IMG/VR virus record: IMGVR_UViG_3300020036_002415
Span: 6,316 to 70,315 of that record
Direction: 5' to 3' (one strand)
From: a virus
Lineage: Duplodnaviria; Caudoviricetes
DNA: 64,000 nucleotides
Within the stretch, counting starts at the first letter, position 1, and the number at the start of each line of letters is the position of its first letter. The position numbers were made by a program, and so were the translations under genes. Below, in pieces: positions 19,701 to 28,503 of this stretch. The notes under the pieces are model-generated. The model was not told the origin of the DNA, made no database searches, and saw only the letters and a program-made list of their open reading frames with translations.

Positions 19701-22700
19701 AAGGGCAGGGAAATTAGCTTTAGCTATTTCTGGATTTACTGAGTAAGCTCTTATAAATTCAGCAATACCTTCTTCTCTTTTGTATTGCAATTTATCATTA
19801 GCATTCGTCTTAACTGATTTAACAACACCACCTACAGTTACTTTTTTAGTAGCAGGCGGTCTAGAGCCAAAATCCCAAAGCTTAGCAAGCTCAGTATCAT
19901 AAGCTCCAGAAGATATAGCGTCATTAAGTTTGAATCTGTAAGAAATGGCATGACCAACCTCGTGAATAAGTGTATTTAAATCGTTCTTGCCTTTTAATAC
20001 GATGTAGTTTGCGGATTTCTTGAACACACCAATCCATCTTGGAGTTACCTTAACTCTCTTTTCATCTACTTTCTTGGTAAGCTTAAGCTCTTGTTCAAAA
20101 ACAATTGTTCTAGTTTTTTCTATTAAATCTCTTTTTATATCAGAGATTGTTTTATTCTTCATTTTACCTCTGAATTTATCCCATGCTTTTTTAAGGAAAT
20201 TTCTTTGGTCTTCAATTTTTACAAACGCCGGAGCAATTCTACCTCTAGTTTGACCTTGAGTTTGTCCGTGAGTCTCAGCATACTGATAATTATCATCAAT
20301 CATTGAATCATCAGATGTAGGCTTGTTTGAGTTAAGCGCAGCCTTAACAGCTTTTTGATCCTCAGCTTTAATTTTGTTATTTCCGGCGGTTGCTGATAAC
20401 GAAATTGTTCTATACTCATCCATAAGAGCAGCATACTCTTGATCTGTAATTTTACCAGACTCATGTAGCGCTTTTATAGAATCATATATAGGTTTCATTT
20501 CTTTAGGGAAATTGATAACCCTTTTACCTGTAAATGATTTTACTTCATCTAAAGACGAAATAACAGAATCATACTCTTGTTTGCCAGTTTGTTTTGATTT
20601 TTTAGCCGGCTTCTTTTCTGTTGATTTTTCTTTTTTAACTGGAGCAACTACCTCTACTTTTTCGGCAACAGCTAAAGCTTCAGCTTCTTCATTGATGTTA
20701 GTTTCAGAATCTTTCTCAGATATAGAATCTATCATGTTTCTCAGCTTGCTTCTTATCTTAATATCTTGAATTGATTCACTGTCTTTAATGAGACCATTTA
20801 ATTCAGATTTAAGATCAGCTATATATTGAGGAGTAACTCTTTCAGATAAGCCATAAGCTATCTTTTTAAGCAATGATTTAAACGCGCGCTTAATACCCTT
20901 AACCTCTCCGTCTTTATCTAAGTCTAAAGCTATTTCACTTCCGGCAGAATCAGAGTCAGTTATTAATTTAGCAGTAAGTCTATCTATAACATCTTGTTGT
21001 TTCTCTTTCTTTTTCTCAGGAGAGGATTTTTCTTTTCTTTCCTTGCTGTTTTCAAAATTAGATTTGTTTGAAATCTCCTCGCCTTTCTCTTGAGGGATTA
21101 TAGTAAACTCTTTTGTGTCAGGATTGTATTTAGCTTTAGTTGCTGATTTACCATCTCCATTGTCTATAAGAACTTCATATCCACCACTCTTAGATTTCCT
21201 ATTAACACTAAGAACTTTACCAGAAACAGATCTTTTGTCGCCAGATTTATTAGAGGCTGTAGCGGTTACTTCACTATCAATAAGCTTAGATCTAACATCA
21301 TCCAAGCTTTTAACTGATTCTTCTTCAGCAACAGCTGCTTCTTCAGCAGCAACCTCTTCTTTAAGTTTTATTGACTTAGCATCAACCACCTCTGATTTAG
21401 CAACATCAATAGCAACATCAATCCTTTCAGACTGATCTGGCATTATTTCTTTTGCCTTATTGTAAAGTTCAACGGCTTTTTCAGACTTTCCTTCTTTTCT
21501 AGCTTTCTCAGCTTCATTAAATACAGAATCAAACTCAGCTCTTGTTTGAGCGTAGGTCTGAACAGATTCTCTTTCAATTTCTTCAACAGCAGCTATGAAA
21601 TCATTCACATCTCCACCTGAAGCAGCAAAGTCTTTTTGAACTTGCTTACCATCAGATGTTTTTGTTTTTGTTCCAAGCTTCTCTCTTAATTTAGATACCT
21701 GCTCTTTATTTAGTGATTGTACTGACTGATTCTGCTCGCGCGTTAGTTGTTTTTGTTTTTTCTCAACTACCGGCTCCTTTTTTACTGTTGTTGATAATTT
21801 CCTTTCACCAATAACTGGACGAACTTTTTTATTGCCGGATTTTCCTGATTCCACTTCAGTAGCAGGCTGTTCCTTTCTTCCAGTGTCTTCGGTTCTTGTA
21901 GTTCCTTCTGTGACAACTGGTTCGACAACTGGTTCTGGTGTTTTGGTAACTGGCTTTTCTTTAGCAACATTCTCTTCTTTTTTAGTTTCTACTTTAGGCG
22001 CTTCTTTAACGACATCGACTTTAGTTGCCGTTTTTCTAGTGGTTGTTTTTCTGTTTGGAATCTTACGAGATTCTTTTACAGGCTCTTCTTTTACTTCAAC
22101 TTTAGCATCTTCGGCTATTTGTTCATCTATCTTTTTTTGAGCCTCTGCTATTTTTTCTTGCTTAATATTCTCTTTCACAGAATCAACTTTAGTAGTATTC
22201 TCTACTATTGGCTTTTCTGTTTTTTTAATAGCAATATCTTGTTGCTGCTCAATAGTCATTGAACTAATATCACTGTCGGAATAACCAAGATTTTTTAGAG
22301 CTGTAGTAAATCCTTCGGGTTTTGAGACCTTCATCTCTGGAGCCTTAACTTCAACTACCGGAGCAGGCTTAGCTTCTACTTTTTCAGATTTAACTGTTGT
22401 CTTAGTAGCTGTTTTTCTTGATGGAGCTTTCTTCTCTGTTGCCTTAACAACAGTGGTAGGAGTTTCTACGATTGCATTTCCAACAACCTTTGTTCCTTTT
22501 TGCTCAGCTTTTGATTGTTTCTTTTCTTCAACAGCGGGAGCAACAGCTTCTTCTTTTTTAGCTTCAGCAGTTATACCATCAGAGAAATCAAATGAAGATG
22601 CAGTTTCAGTAGAAATAACAGGGTCATACTTAGCCCCTTCTTTTGATTCTTGGAATATTATTTTCTCCTCAACAAGCTCAGCTTTAGCTATTTCTTCTTC

Positions 22701-25355
22701 TGTAATATCTTCTCCAGCCTCTTTTTTAGCTAATATTTCATCTTTTTCAGATATCTCTTTTTCTGTAGCTGGAACGGTAAAGTCATTCTCTTTCGCGTAC
22801 TTAACAATAGGGCTTTTTGAGTCAGAGTTTCTAATCTCTTCCATAGCCTTTGTGCAAAAAAGGAAAGATCCTTCGTCTCCATTCGTGCTAGAACCCATAG
22901 CAGCTCCGGGAACACCATAAAATCCAGCGACAAGTAATGTTATAACTAATTTCTCAACTCCTTCAGAAGCAGTTTTGCCAAAAGTAGCTTCACACGCCTT
23001 TTGAACATCACTACCCTCTTTAAACATCTCTTCTGTAAACTGACCGGTATATTCAGCTAGTGATTCAGTAATAGCACCTGCTCCAAGTCTAACAGCGAAA
23101 TTTGCAAATATATTAGTAACGCCTAATTTACCAAGCATCTTTGTTCCTATAGCTTGACCTACACCTTCACCAACACCAGCAAAGGCGCTTTCGCCAGATG
23201 CAGAAAATGCATAACCCTGACTAACCATATCCCATGCCACGTTAGCATAAAATTGCTTAGTTTTGTTAGCTCCAGCCCACAATTGAGCAAGCTTAGGCAC
23301 TTGTAATATTCCTGCCGCTTTATTAGCAACCCAAAGGTTTACTCCGATCTCAACCATCATTGGAAAAGATTCTCCTGCTGCGCGACCAGCTGATTCCCAA
23401 AAACCTGATCCTACTTTATCAACCTGATCGTCAGTTAATTCAAATCCTATATTTTGTATTCCTTCTATAGCGCGATCCTTAAGAGCTGACTTAGAGAAAG
23501 ATTCAAATCCTAATCCTGACTTAATTCCCTCGCTAAAACCGGTAGTGAAACCATCATCTTCTCCAGTTCCCGGATCTTCGTTTAGCACCAGAGCGCGATT
23601 AACTCCCATGAAATACGCAAGCCTATCATCCATGTATGATTGAGTCTTAGATATTTCATCTCTAGCTGCATTTACATGGACATCAGGAGATCCGTATTTA
23701 ATCATATCGTAATACTTAACTGCGCTATCATACGAGCGTTTAGCATTTACGTATTGAAAAAATGCATTATCTAATTCTTTAGTTAATGTTCCTTTGTCAG
23801 TATTCTCATAAATCTCAGCATACTTATTAACAGCGTTAACAAATTTGCCTTGATCTTGAACGGTTACAGCTTTATTAGAAATAAACTTTCCTTCTTTATC
23901 AAATAAATCTTCTCCGGTAATCTGAAGGTCTTTTAATACAGAAAGACCTTGTTTATATTTTTTTAATTCAACCTCTTGCTCAAGAGTTCTTTTCTCAAGC
24001 TTTTCCAAAGAAGTAATCTTTTGTTTAAGCGAAGCTATCTGTAGATCCTCTTGACTTAGGTAATCCATAGATATTTCGTTTCTTTTTTTAATCCAATACT
24101 CAGGAGCTTTATCACCAAGCTCTCTTTTCATATCAGTGAAATACTCAGATTTAGTATCATTAGCTTCCTTAACGGCATAGCTATTAGCATATTTATCTCT
24201 TATTTGTCTTTCCTCAAGACTAAGACCATCTTCACCATCAGGGAACTTAAGCTTATGGTCGTAAGCCCACTTCTCTTTATTTTCGTCTACTTTCTCTACA
24301 GTTATGTTGCTCTGTATTGCTATTTTTTTCTTAAAATTCTCTTCAGCGTTTGTATTTATTTGGGCATTAACAGCAGCAGCTGAATTAAAGAAATCAGTTG
24401 TTTTTTTCTCAATAGCTTCTGATAGACTAGGAGATCCAACCACTTCCGCTTTTTTACGCTGTATAGCAGTTAGTTCCTCTTGAGCGATAAGAGATCCAAA
24501 AGGTTTGCCTGTGTTTATATCTAGAACAAGGCTACGTTTATCTTCTGCATTTTCTTCACTTCCAATTCCACTAAGTATCTCATCTATTGATTTATAACCA
24601 ACTGGTTTTTTCTTAACAACGGGAGAAGATTCTTCTCTTGACACAGGAGACGTATCTCCAAGCCCAGCTTTATAAACACCTTTTGGAGCTTGATTCCAAT
24701 CTGAAGAATCAACTTGACCGGCTGCACCACCACCAAGATTAGAACCTGAAACAGAAATAGGCTCTGGTATAGGTAAACCATCGGCTTGAGCGCCAAGATC
24801 TGTCAAAGAACCTAATACAGATGGTTCTGATAATGCTGGATTTGGAACCAACATAGATTCATCAGCGCCAGCAACAGCTTTACCGATATTTGCAGCATCA
24901 GAAACAACGCCGGCGGTTGATTGAGGAATAATCTCCTCTTGTTGCGCTGGTTTCTCTGCAGCTACTTTATGACCAAAATAATTATTATATTCGTTAGCTT
25001 TAAAGTCATTCCAATTGCTTGACTGGAAAGGTGTTCCAGTAGTTGAGTTAATCGTTATAGTAGAAAACAATCTACGAAGGTTTCTTTCGTCATTCGCATA
25101 TTTATTTACAAACTGATCGTAAGAAAGATCAGTTCCAAACTCGTCGCTAGTTGAAATGAAGTTATACAATCCCTGCCAGCTAGAATCTTTTACATCAGGC
25201 TGTGCAGCAGCAGGTGTAGCCGCTTCAGCTTCAGCTTTCATCTTTTCGGCAGGCTTGCTTACCCCGGCTGATTTAATTGATCCAGCAGCCGGCTGGTTTA
25301 CAGATTTAACAATAGCGCCTGTTTGCGTGTTCGATACGTCTTGAGATAAACCCAT
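16701..25355 (-). CDS. Large polyvalent ejection (internal virion) protein with HExxH metallopeptidase-like and LPD38-like domains
   Basis: 2884 aa; LIHEVGHA plus EEGIAEFIRAY; FRVPKPFEYG near the C-terminus; long E/K/A/P-rich linker; follows two other ejection-type genes. Confidence 0.7.
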   Translation of the reverse strand: MGLSQDVSNTQTGAIVKSVNQPAAGSIKSAGVSKPAEKMKAEAEAATPAAAQPDVKDSSWQGLYNFISTSDEFGTDLSYDQFVNKYANDERNLRRLFSTITINSTTGTPFQSSNWNDFKANEYNNYFGHKVAAEKPAQQEEIIPQSTAGVVSDAANIGKAVAGADESMLVPNPALSEPSVLGSLTDLGAQADGLPIPEPISVSGSNLGGGAAGQVDSSDWNQAPKGVYKAGLGDTSPVSREESSPVVKKKPVGYKSIDEILSGIGSEENAEDKRSLVLDINTGKPFGSLIAQEELTAIQRKKAEVVGSPSLSEAIEKKTTDFFNSAAAVNAQINTNAEENFKKKIAIQSNITVEKVDENKEKWAYDHKLKFPDGEDGLSLEERQIRDKYANSYAVKEANDTKSEYFTDMKRELGDKAPEYWIKKRNEISMDYLSQEDLQIASLKQKITSLEKLEKRTLEQEVELKKYKQGLSVLKDLQITGEDLFDKEGKFISNKAVTVQDQGKFVNAVNKYAEIYENTDKGTLTKELDNAFFQYVNAKRSYDSAVKYYDMIKYGSPDVHVNAARDEISKTQSYMDDRLAYFMGVNRALVLNEDPGTGEDDGFTTGFSEGIKSGLGFESFSKSALKDRAIEGIQNIGFELTDDQVDKVGSGFWESAGRAAGESFPMMVEIGVNLWVANKAAGILQVPKLAQLWAGANKTKQFYANVAWDMVSQGYAFSASGESAFAGVGEGVGQAIGTKMLGKLGVTNIFANFAVRLGAGAITESLAEYTGQFTEEMFKEGSDVQKACEATFGKTASEGVEKLVITLLVAGFYGVPGAAMGSSTNGDEGSFLFCTKAMEEIRNSDSKSPIVKYAKENDFTVPATEKEISEKDEILAKKEAGEDITEEEIAKAELVEEKIIFQESKEGAKYDPVISTETASSFDFSDGITAEAKKEEAVAPAVEEKKQSKAEQKGTKVVGNAIVETPTTVVKATEKKAPSRKTATKTTVKSEKVEAKPAPVVEVKAPEMKVSKPEGFTTALKNLGYSDSDISSMTIEQQQDIAIKKTEKPIVENTTKVDSVKENIKQEKIAEAQKKIDEQIAEDAKVEVKEEPVKESRKIPNRKTTTRKTATKVDVVKEAPKVETKKEENVAKEKPVTKTPEPVVEPVVTEGTTRTEDTGRKEQPATEVESGKSGNKKVRPVIGERKLSTTVKKEPVVEKKQKQLTREQNQSVQSLNKEQVSKLREKLGTKTKTSDGKQVQKDFAASGGDVNDFIAAVEEIERESVQTYAQTRAEFDSVFNEAEKARKEGKSEKAVELYNKAKEIMPDQSERIDVAIDVAKSEVVDAKSIKLKEEVAAEEAAVAEEESVKSLDDVRSKLIDSEVTATASNKSGDKRSVSGKVLSVNRKSKSGGYEVLIDNGDGKSATKAKYNPDTKEFTIIPQEKGEEISNKSNFENSKERKEKSSPEKKKEKQQDVIDRLTAKLITDSDSAGSEIALDLDKDGEVKGIKRAFKSLLKKIAYGLSERVTPQYIADLKSELNGLIKDSESIQDIKIRSKLRNMIDSISEKDSETNINEEAEALAVAEKVEVVAPVKKEKSTEKKPAKKSKQTGKQEYDSVISSLDEVKSFTGKRVINFPKEMKPIYDSIKALHESGKITDQEYAALMDEYRTISLSATAGNNKIKAEDQKAVKAALNSNKPTSDDSMIDDNYQYAETHGQTQGQTRGRIAPAFVKIEDQRNFLKKAWDKFRGKMKNKTISDIKRDLIEKTRTIVFEQELKLTKKVDEKRVKVTPRWIGVFKKSANYIVLKGKNDLNTLIHEVGHAISYRFKLNDAISSGAYDTELAKLWDFGSRPPATKKVTVGGVVKSVKTNANDKLQYKREEGIAEFIRAYSVNPEIAKANFPALTALYESKVSADVKKAVAEFGFDFAVLDSLPQEELMELLYNNQAYVEQYLQRDKWHNRVITKTNGILNGIRDVLRGKGESRVNDNKGRISMGWWTYLHTSVAEKTGALGATVKFMKKRGVEFLAGNNPYTLIRNMSNFSQNRFKNLTSMGLVDKFGNRVITKSGNLMNFKWLFEEMGGGVSKISDYVSSYLIAKGVVYEIDSKGNIDIITNKLGGKFTDEVVRKQIEVIEDIKKSNPDLHKVIIESASRWQEMALQTVKYRYDKGLITEKRYKEISEGQDNYVALFRDLEERNTDVIRKKQSTQRKAQEVHKREGSEEKIENPYASLLELIMESYYEGDRNHAISSFVGGLKQLGDKTGGTEIFTEQHDGLKPISYFENGEFKTVFVSEDIAYVIDAMNSPSVTGNPVVDFIVELISTITNKLPKAFLTSTPGFLNRNIIRDTFTRPFVSRYKRDAADIKTALSETASLPKEFLQHVRTSIKISQLKTKQRSVGLTSDEKAKLFKLEKNVADSDASILELYGGTMSGWYHRSAKKYYAVLKELQDEFKHDGRSVLFKFGSKVTPGSIRRGWLGMLSSAENVNRIAEFKKVFAIEYKKNYEQFIKEGMNETDAKLHATHHARTAAAFEAKDLMDFTVAGSNMGVLNKLFMFNNPSIQGWNRSAKTFTGAEKGGKKAALSRILGRWVIWSAIATTAEAAWSAANDDDDELYNQPGYMKDTFWSFKIADNSWFRVPKPFEYGMLSSIMSRAYASANGNEYAWSGFGESLEGMLPPFFKPGMLLDNPIAQLYTGRDEFRGKDIIPSYEKNLDVNLRNTKYSSSFSKDFSEFIGVDPRYVDQFTSKAFSDWGNMFLNAYETINDEDGDYFEPLEVLKKKHTGLITESPTKNSATFQKLDQIMGEKGMKSNNKEFDELNNIYKHYKESDTDAQKDLYAEKYRIEANRLIDRFEAIIARDGNLNSIGGAATEEQKEQEKKAEASSSNSRGSNRGGGNRGGGDRSRSR

Positions 25356-25369
25356 TATAAAATTTTAAA

Positions 25370-27754
25370 TTAAGGAATCATTATCTTGCCTTTTGGGGCT
25401 GGTTTTGAAGCTGGTTTTTTTCCAGTATTTGTGCTAGTTTTGCTTGTATTTTCTGATGTGGTTTCGGCATATTTATCTGTTCTCTCGAATCCAGCAGATG
25501 TTCCAGCGTGTTGATCTTCTAATACAGCAGCAGATGTTGTATAGGTAGGATTGTTTACAGTACGAACATTAAGATCAGCAAAAGTTCCTCCGCCACCAAA
25601 AACTTCATACGTTCTATGATGATAAGGGATATATCCACCATCTCTAGGGTCAGAATCATAAGTCATATACACCGGCATTCCATTATCATCTTCATAGCCA
25701 AGCACAACTCTCTCTTCAACAAGACCACCTTCTATAGTAGAGTTAGCTGATTTAGAGAATAATACAGCGTCACTAGCTGGAACTTTATTAGTTCCTTTCA
25801 AATAAGCAACAATTGCCTCCTCGGTAGTTCCATTTGTCTTAATGAGTGATCTATATGCAGCAACCTCATCTTTACTGAACCCATATTTATTAATAAGAGT
25901 ATTTTCTTGCCATTGAGTAAACGGAACCCAATTTCCATCTTCATCTTGAATCTCCATTGAGTTAACTGACACTCTTTGAGAAACTCCTGATTCTTTAGGG
26001 TCTATAGGTATAATCACATCAAGCTCATTAGTAGTTTCATCAGGATCACTATTCATATAGCCACCTAGAACTTGATCTATTTGAGCAGGGTCTGATCCAG
26101 CTAAAAGATGTTTATTGAGGTCGATTGCAAATTCAGGTTTATTTGTGTTGTTTACTATATTTCTAATAATAGACCAATCTTCAGGCTGATCGTTATTATT
26201 GTTAACGGTAACGCTAGTACTTCTATTTGATGCCTCCATGTAAGACTTATTCCACTCTGTAGAAACAAGGCTAGTTATATAGGCAGTCATGTCTTTCTTA
26301 ACTTGCTCAGGATCTCCATAATAATGACCATAATCAACCTCTTGGTCAACAGCAGCCATTATACGGCTCATTGGAATAAACTTAAACTTTTGAGTTCTAA
26401 GAATATCGTAATTATTGTGATCCATTACAATAGCTATTTCGGACTCGAATTGTTTTAACTCTTCTTCTGTGTAATTTCCTTCTGGATCAGCTGACGGAGA
26501 AACAGTATAGTCAATAACGCCTTTAAGCGTTTGACCATCTTTAGTCATGTTATCATAAGATACCATCTCGCTCTGAATCTTCTCCATCTCTTCAGGATGT
26601 TCCATCAAGTACTCTATGTTGTAAGATCCATCTTTCCAAGCATTCATAACAGCCCATCCAGATTCAGGAACGTATGCGCCATCACCCTTATTCCACTCTT
26701 CAAGCGTCTTCTGATACTGAGCCTGAATTTGAAGAAACCTTTTAGCGTTGCTTCTATAGTTTTGAATTTTTCCAGTTGCCGCGCGACCATACTCTGTTGT
26801 CATATCAGTCATGGCATTGTAATCCCATCCAGCAGCTTCACCTAAATCAGAATAAAGACTCAATCCATATTCAGTCAACTGATCTTGATATTGCTCAGCA
26901 GTAGGAACAATAAACAGCTCTTTAATCTTCTCAGCTTGAGCTACTCTATTAGCAGCAGCTGTTTCCATTGCGCGCTTTCTAGCATCAAGAACACTAAAAG
27001 GAAAGTATCCTCCACCGCCAACAAATATTGGGTTATTACCAACTATGCTTCCAGAGTAAGTGCCTACTTGTAATGGGGTGTTTATATCTGGGTAATATTC
27101 TTCAAGACCTAATCTCTCGATAGCAGCTTCACCATATTTTACCGGTTTACCTTTATAAGAGTTTAGTAAATTTGTTAAAGCAGCGTCATCAACAGGAGCG
27201 CCACTTCCATCACCAGCAACAGTTTGATTAACCTCATTTTCTAAATCAGAAACCTGCATGGTTGCGGTTGGATCAGGAGTATCTCCTGTTGGCTGAGTGT
27301 ATGATGTTAATACCTGAGCTTTTTGCTGTTCAAAAGATAATTCATTATCAAACTCAGAAGCAGTATTAAGCTCATCGGCTATTACGTCAAGAGGTCTATC
27401 ATCTGAATAATCATTAGGCTTTGTTATAGCATCTACGATTTGACCATACGGAGTTCTAAATCTACCTTCACTATCAATACCGCCACCTTTTATATTTGGG
27501 TCTATAGCATTAACAAGCGGAGCAGATACTCCAATATCATTAGAGACCTCATCGCTAGATATTTTGCTTTTGATTTTAGGATCGTTCTTTCTTTTTATTG
27601 GTTTATCAGTAGGAGTTTCTACATTCCCTTCAATAACCTTTTTGGAATTATCAGTTTTACCAAGACCTTGACTCTCACTATTTCCTGTTGGTGGAATTAG
27701 ATTCTTGTTTGCCTTTACTTTCAATAGCGGATCACCTCCTATTTTCGTAGCCAT
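25370..27754 (-). CDS. Putative ejection/internal virion protein
   Basis: 794 aa, disordered N-terminus then helical; canonical position after the muzzle. Confidence 0.55.
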   Translation of the reverse strand: MATKIGGDPLLKVKANKNLIPPTGNSESQGLGKTDNSKKVIEGNVETPTDKPIKRKNDPKIKSKISSDEVSNDIGVSAPLVNAIDPNIKGGGIDSEGRFRTPYGQIVDAITKPNDYSDDRPLDVIADELNTASEFDNELSFEQQKAQVLTSYTQPTGDTPDPTATMQVSDLENEVNQTVAGDGSGAPVDDAALTNLLNSYKGKPVKYGEAAIERLGLEEYYPDINTPLQVGTYSGSIVGNNPIFVGGGGYFPFSVLDARKRAMETAAANRVAQAEKIKELFIVPTAEQYQDQLTEYGLSLYSDLGEAAGWDYNAMTDMTTEYGRAATGKIQNYRSNAKRFLQIQAQYQKTLEEWNKGDGAYVPESGWAVMNAWKDGSYNIEYLMEHPEEMEKIQSEMVSYDNMTKDGQTLKGVIDYTVSPSADPEGNYTEEELKQFESEIAIVMDHNNYDILRTQKFKFIPMSRIMAAVDQEVDYGHYYGDPEQVKKDMTAYITSLVSTEWNKSYMEASNRSTSVTVNNNNDQPEDWSIIRNIVNNTNKPEFAIDLNKHLLAGSDPAQIDQVLGGYMNSDPDETTNELDVIIPIDPKESGVSQRVSVNSMEIQDEDGNWVPFTQWQENTLINKYGFSKDEVAAYRSLIKTNGTTEEAIVAYLKGTNKVPASDAVLFSKSANSTIEGGLVEERVVLGYEDDNGMPVYMTYDSDPRDGGYIPYHHRTYEVFGGGGTFADLNVRTVNNPTYTTSAAVLEDQHAGTSAGFERTDKYAETTSENTSKTSTNTGKKPASKPAPKGKIMIP

Positions 27755-28503
27755 TATACTTTTTCGTTTTTAGCAACTATAGTTTCGTCTTTGTAATTTC
27801 CTTGTCCATAAGGATTAAGCTCAGGTATGCCTAAACTTTTAGCTAAAACAACACCTCCTGTAGACTTACCTTCTTTAATCATTTGAGCGGCGCGCGCCTG
27901 CTGAGTATTATACTTAAGTAAACCTAACTCTAATCTTCTTTGTGAAATTCTAGTTTTAGTATCTCTTTCTGCTTGTCCGTATTGCAATTCTCCGGCTAAT
28001 TCTACATCTTTTAATCCAACTTGAGCTTGATTAAACATTTGAGTCATGGCATTCAAACCTTTAGCGCCTCCACCAACCTTAAATGAATTATTTATTCCTG
28101 TTCTCATTGCAGTGGCAAGTGCATTTCTTTGGGAAGATGTAGCTGTTCCGGTTTGAAAGGCACGTTTTCTTCTAGCAGCATAAGAAGCTAGTGATCTTTC
28201 TTCAGCAGATTCCATAGATGGAACCATAGCATCGGCTTTTTTCTCTTTAACTTTGCCAGTTATAAACTTTCCGACAGCTAAAGCAGCTGGAACTATAGCA
28301 GATAATCCACCAGTAGCTGCAAGAACAGCAGGATTTAAGCCGACTCCGGCAGCAACCTTCATTCCCGGCCCACTTACAGCATTTTTAAGAGTAGTGAATT
28401 TATTGCCTACATCAGTTCTTCGCTGATCCTTACTTCTTCCATTGGATTGTGCAGAGCTAGCAACTTGAGATATGCCTTTTATTAAAGCTGGATCAACGTA
28501 CAT
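27754..28503 (-). CDS. Putative ejection/DNA pilot protein
   Basis: A/G-rich helical N-terminus, Q/R/A-rich C-terminus. Confidence 0.6.
   Translation of the reverse strand: MYVDPALIKGISQVASSAQSNGRSKDQRRTDVGNKFTTLKNAVSGPGMKVAAGVGLNPAVLAATGGLSAIVPAALAVGKFITGKVKEKKADAMVPSMESAEERSLASYAARRKRAFQTGTATSSQRNALATAMRTGINNSFKVGGGAKGLNAMTQMFNQAQVGLKDVELAGELQYGQAERDTKTRISQRRLELGLLKYNTQQARAAQMIKEGKSTGGVVLAKSLGIPELNPYGQGNYKDETIVAKNEKV

Noticed and set aside
20907-20924. DLDKDG as the DxDxD catalytic motif of a crAss-type virion RNA polymerase
   Set aside because: It lies in a low-complexity K/E-rich stretch with no recognisable double-psi barrel context; other motifs point to a polyvalent protein.
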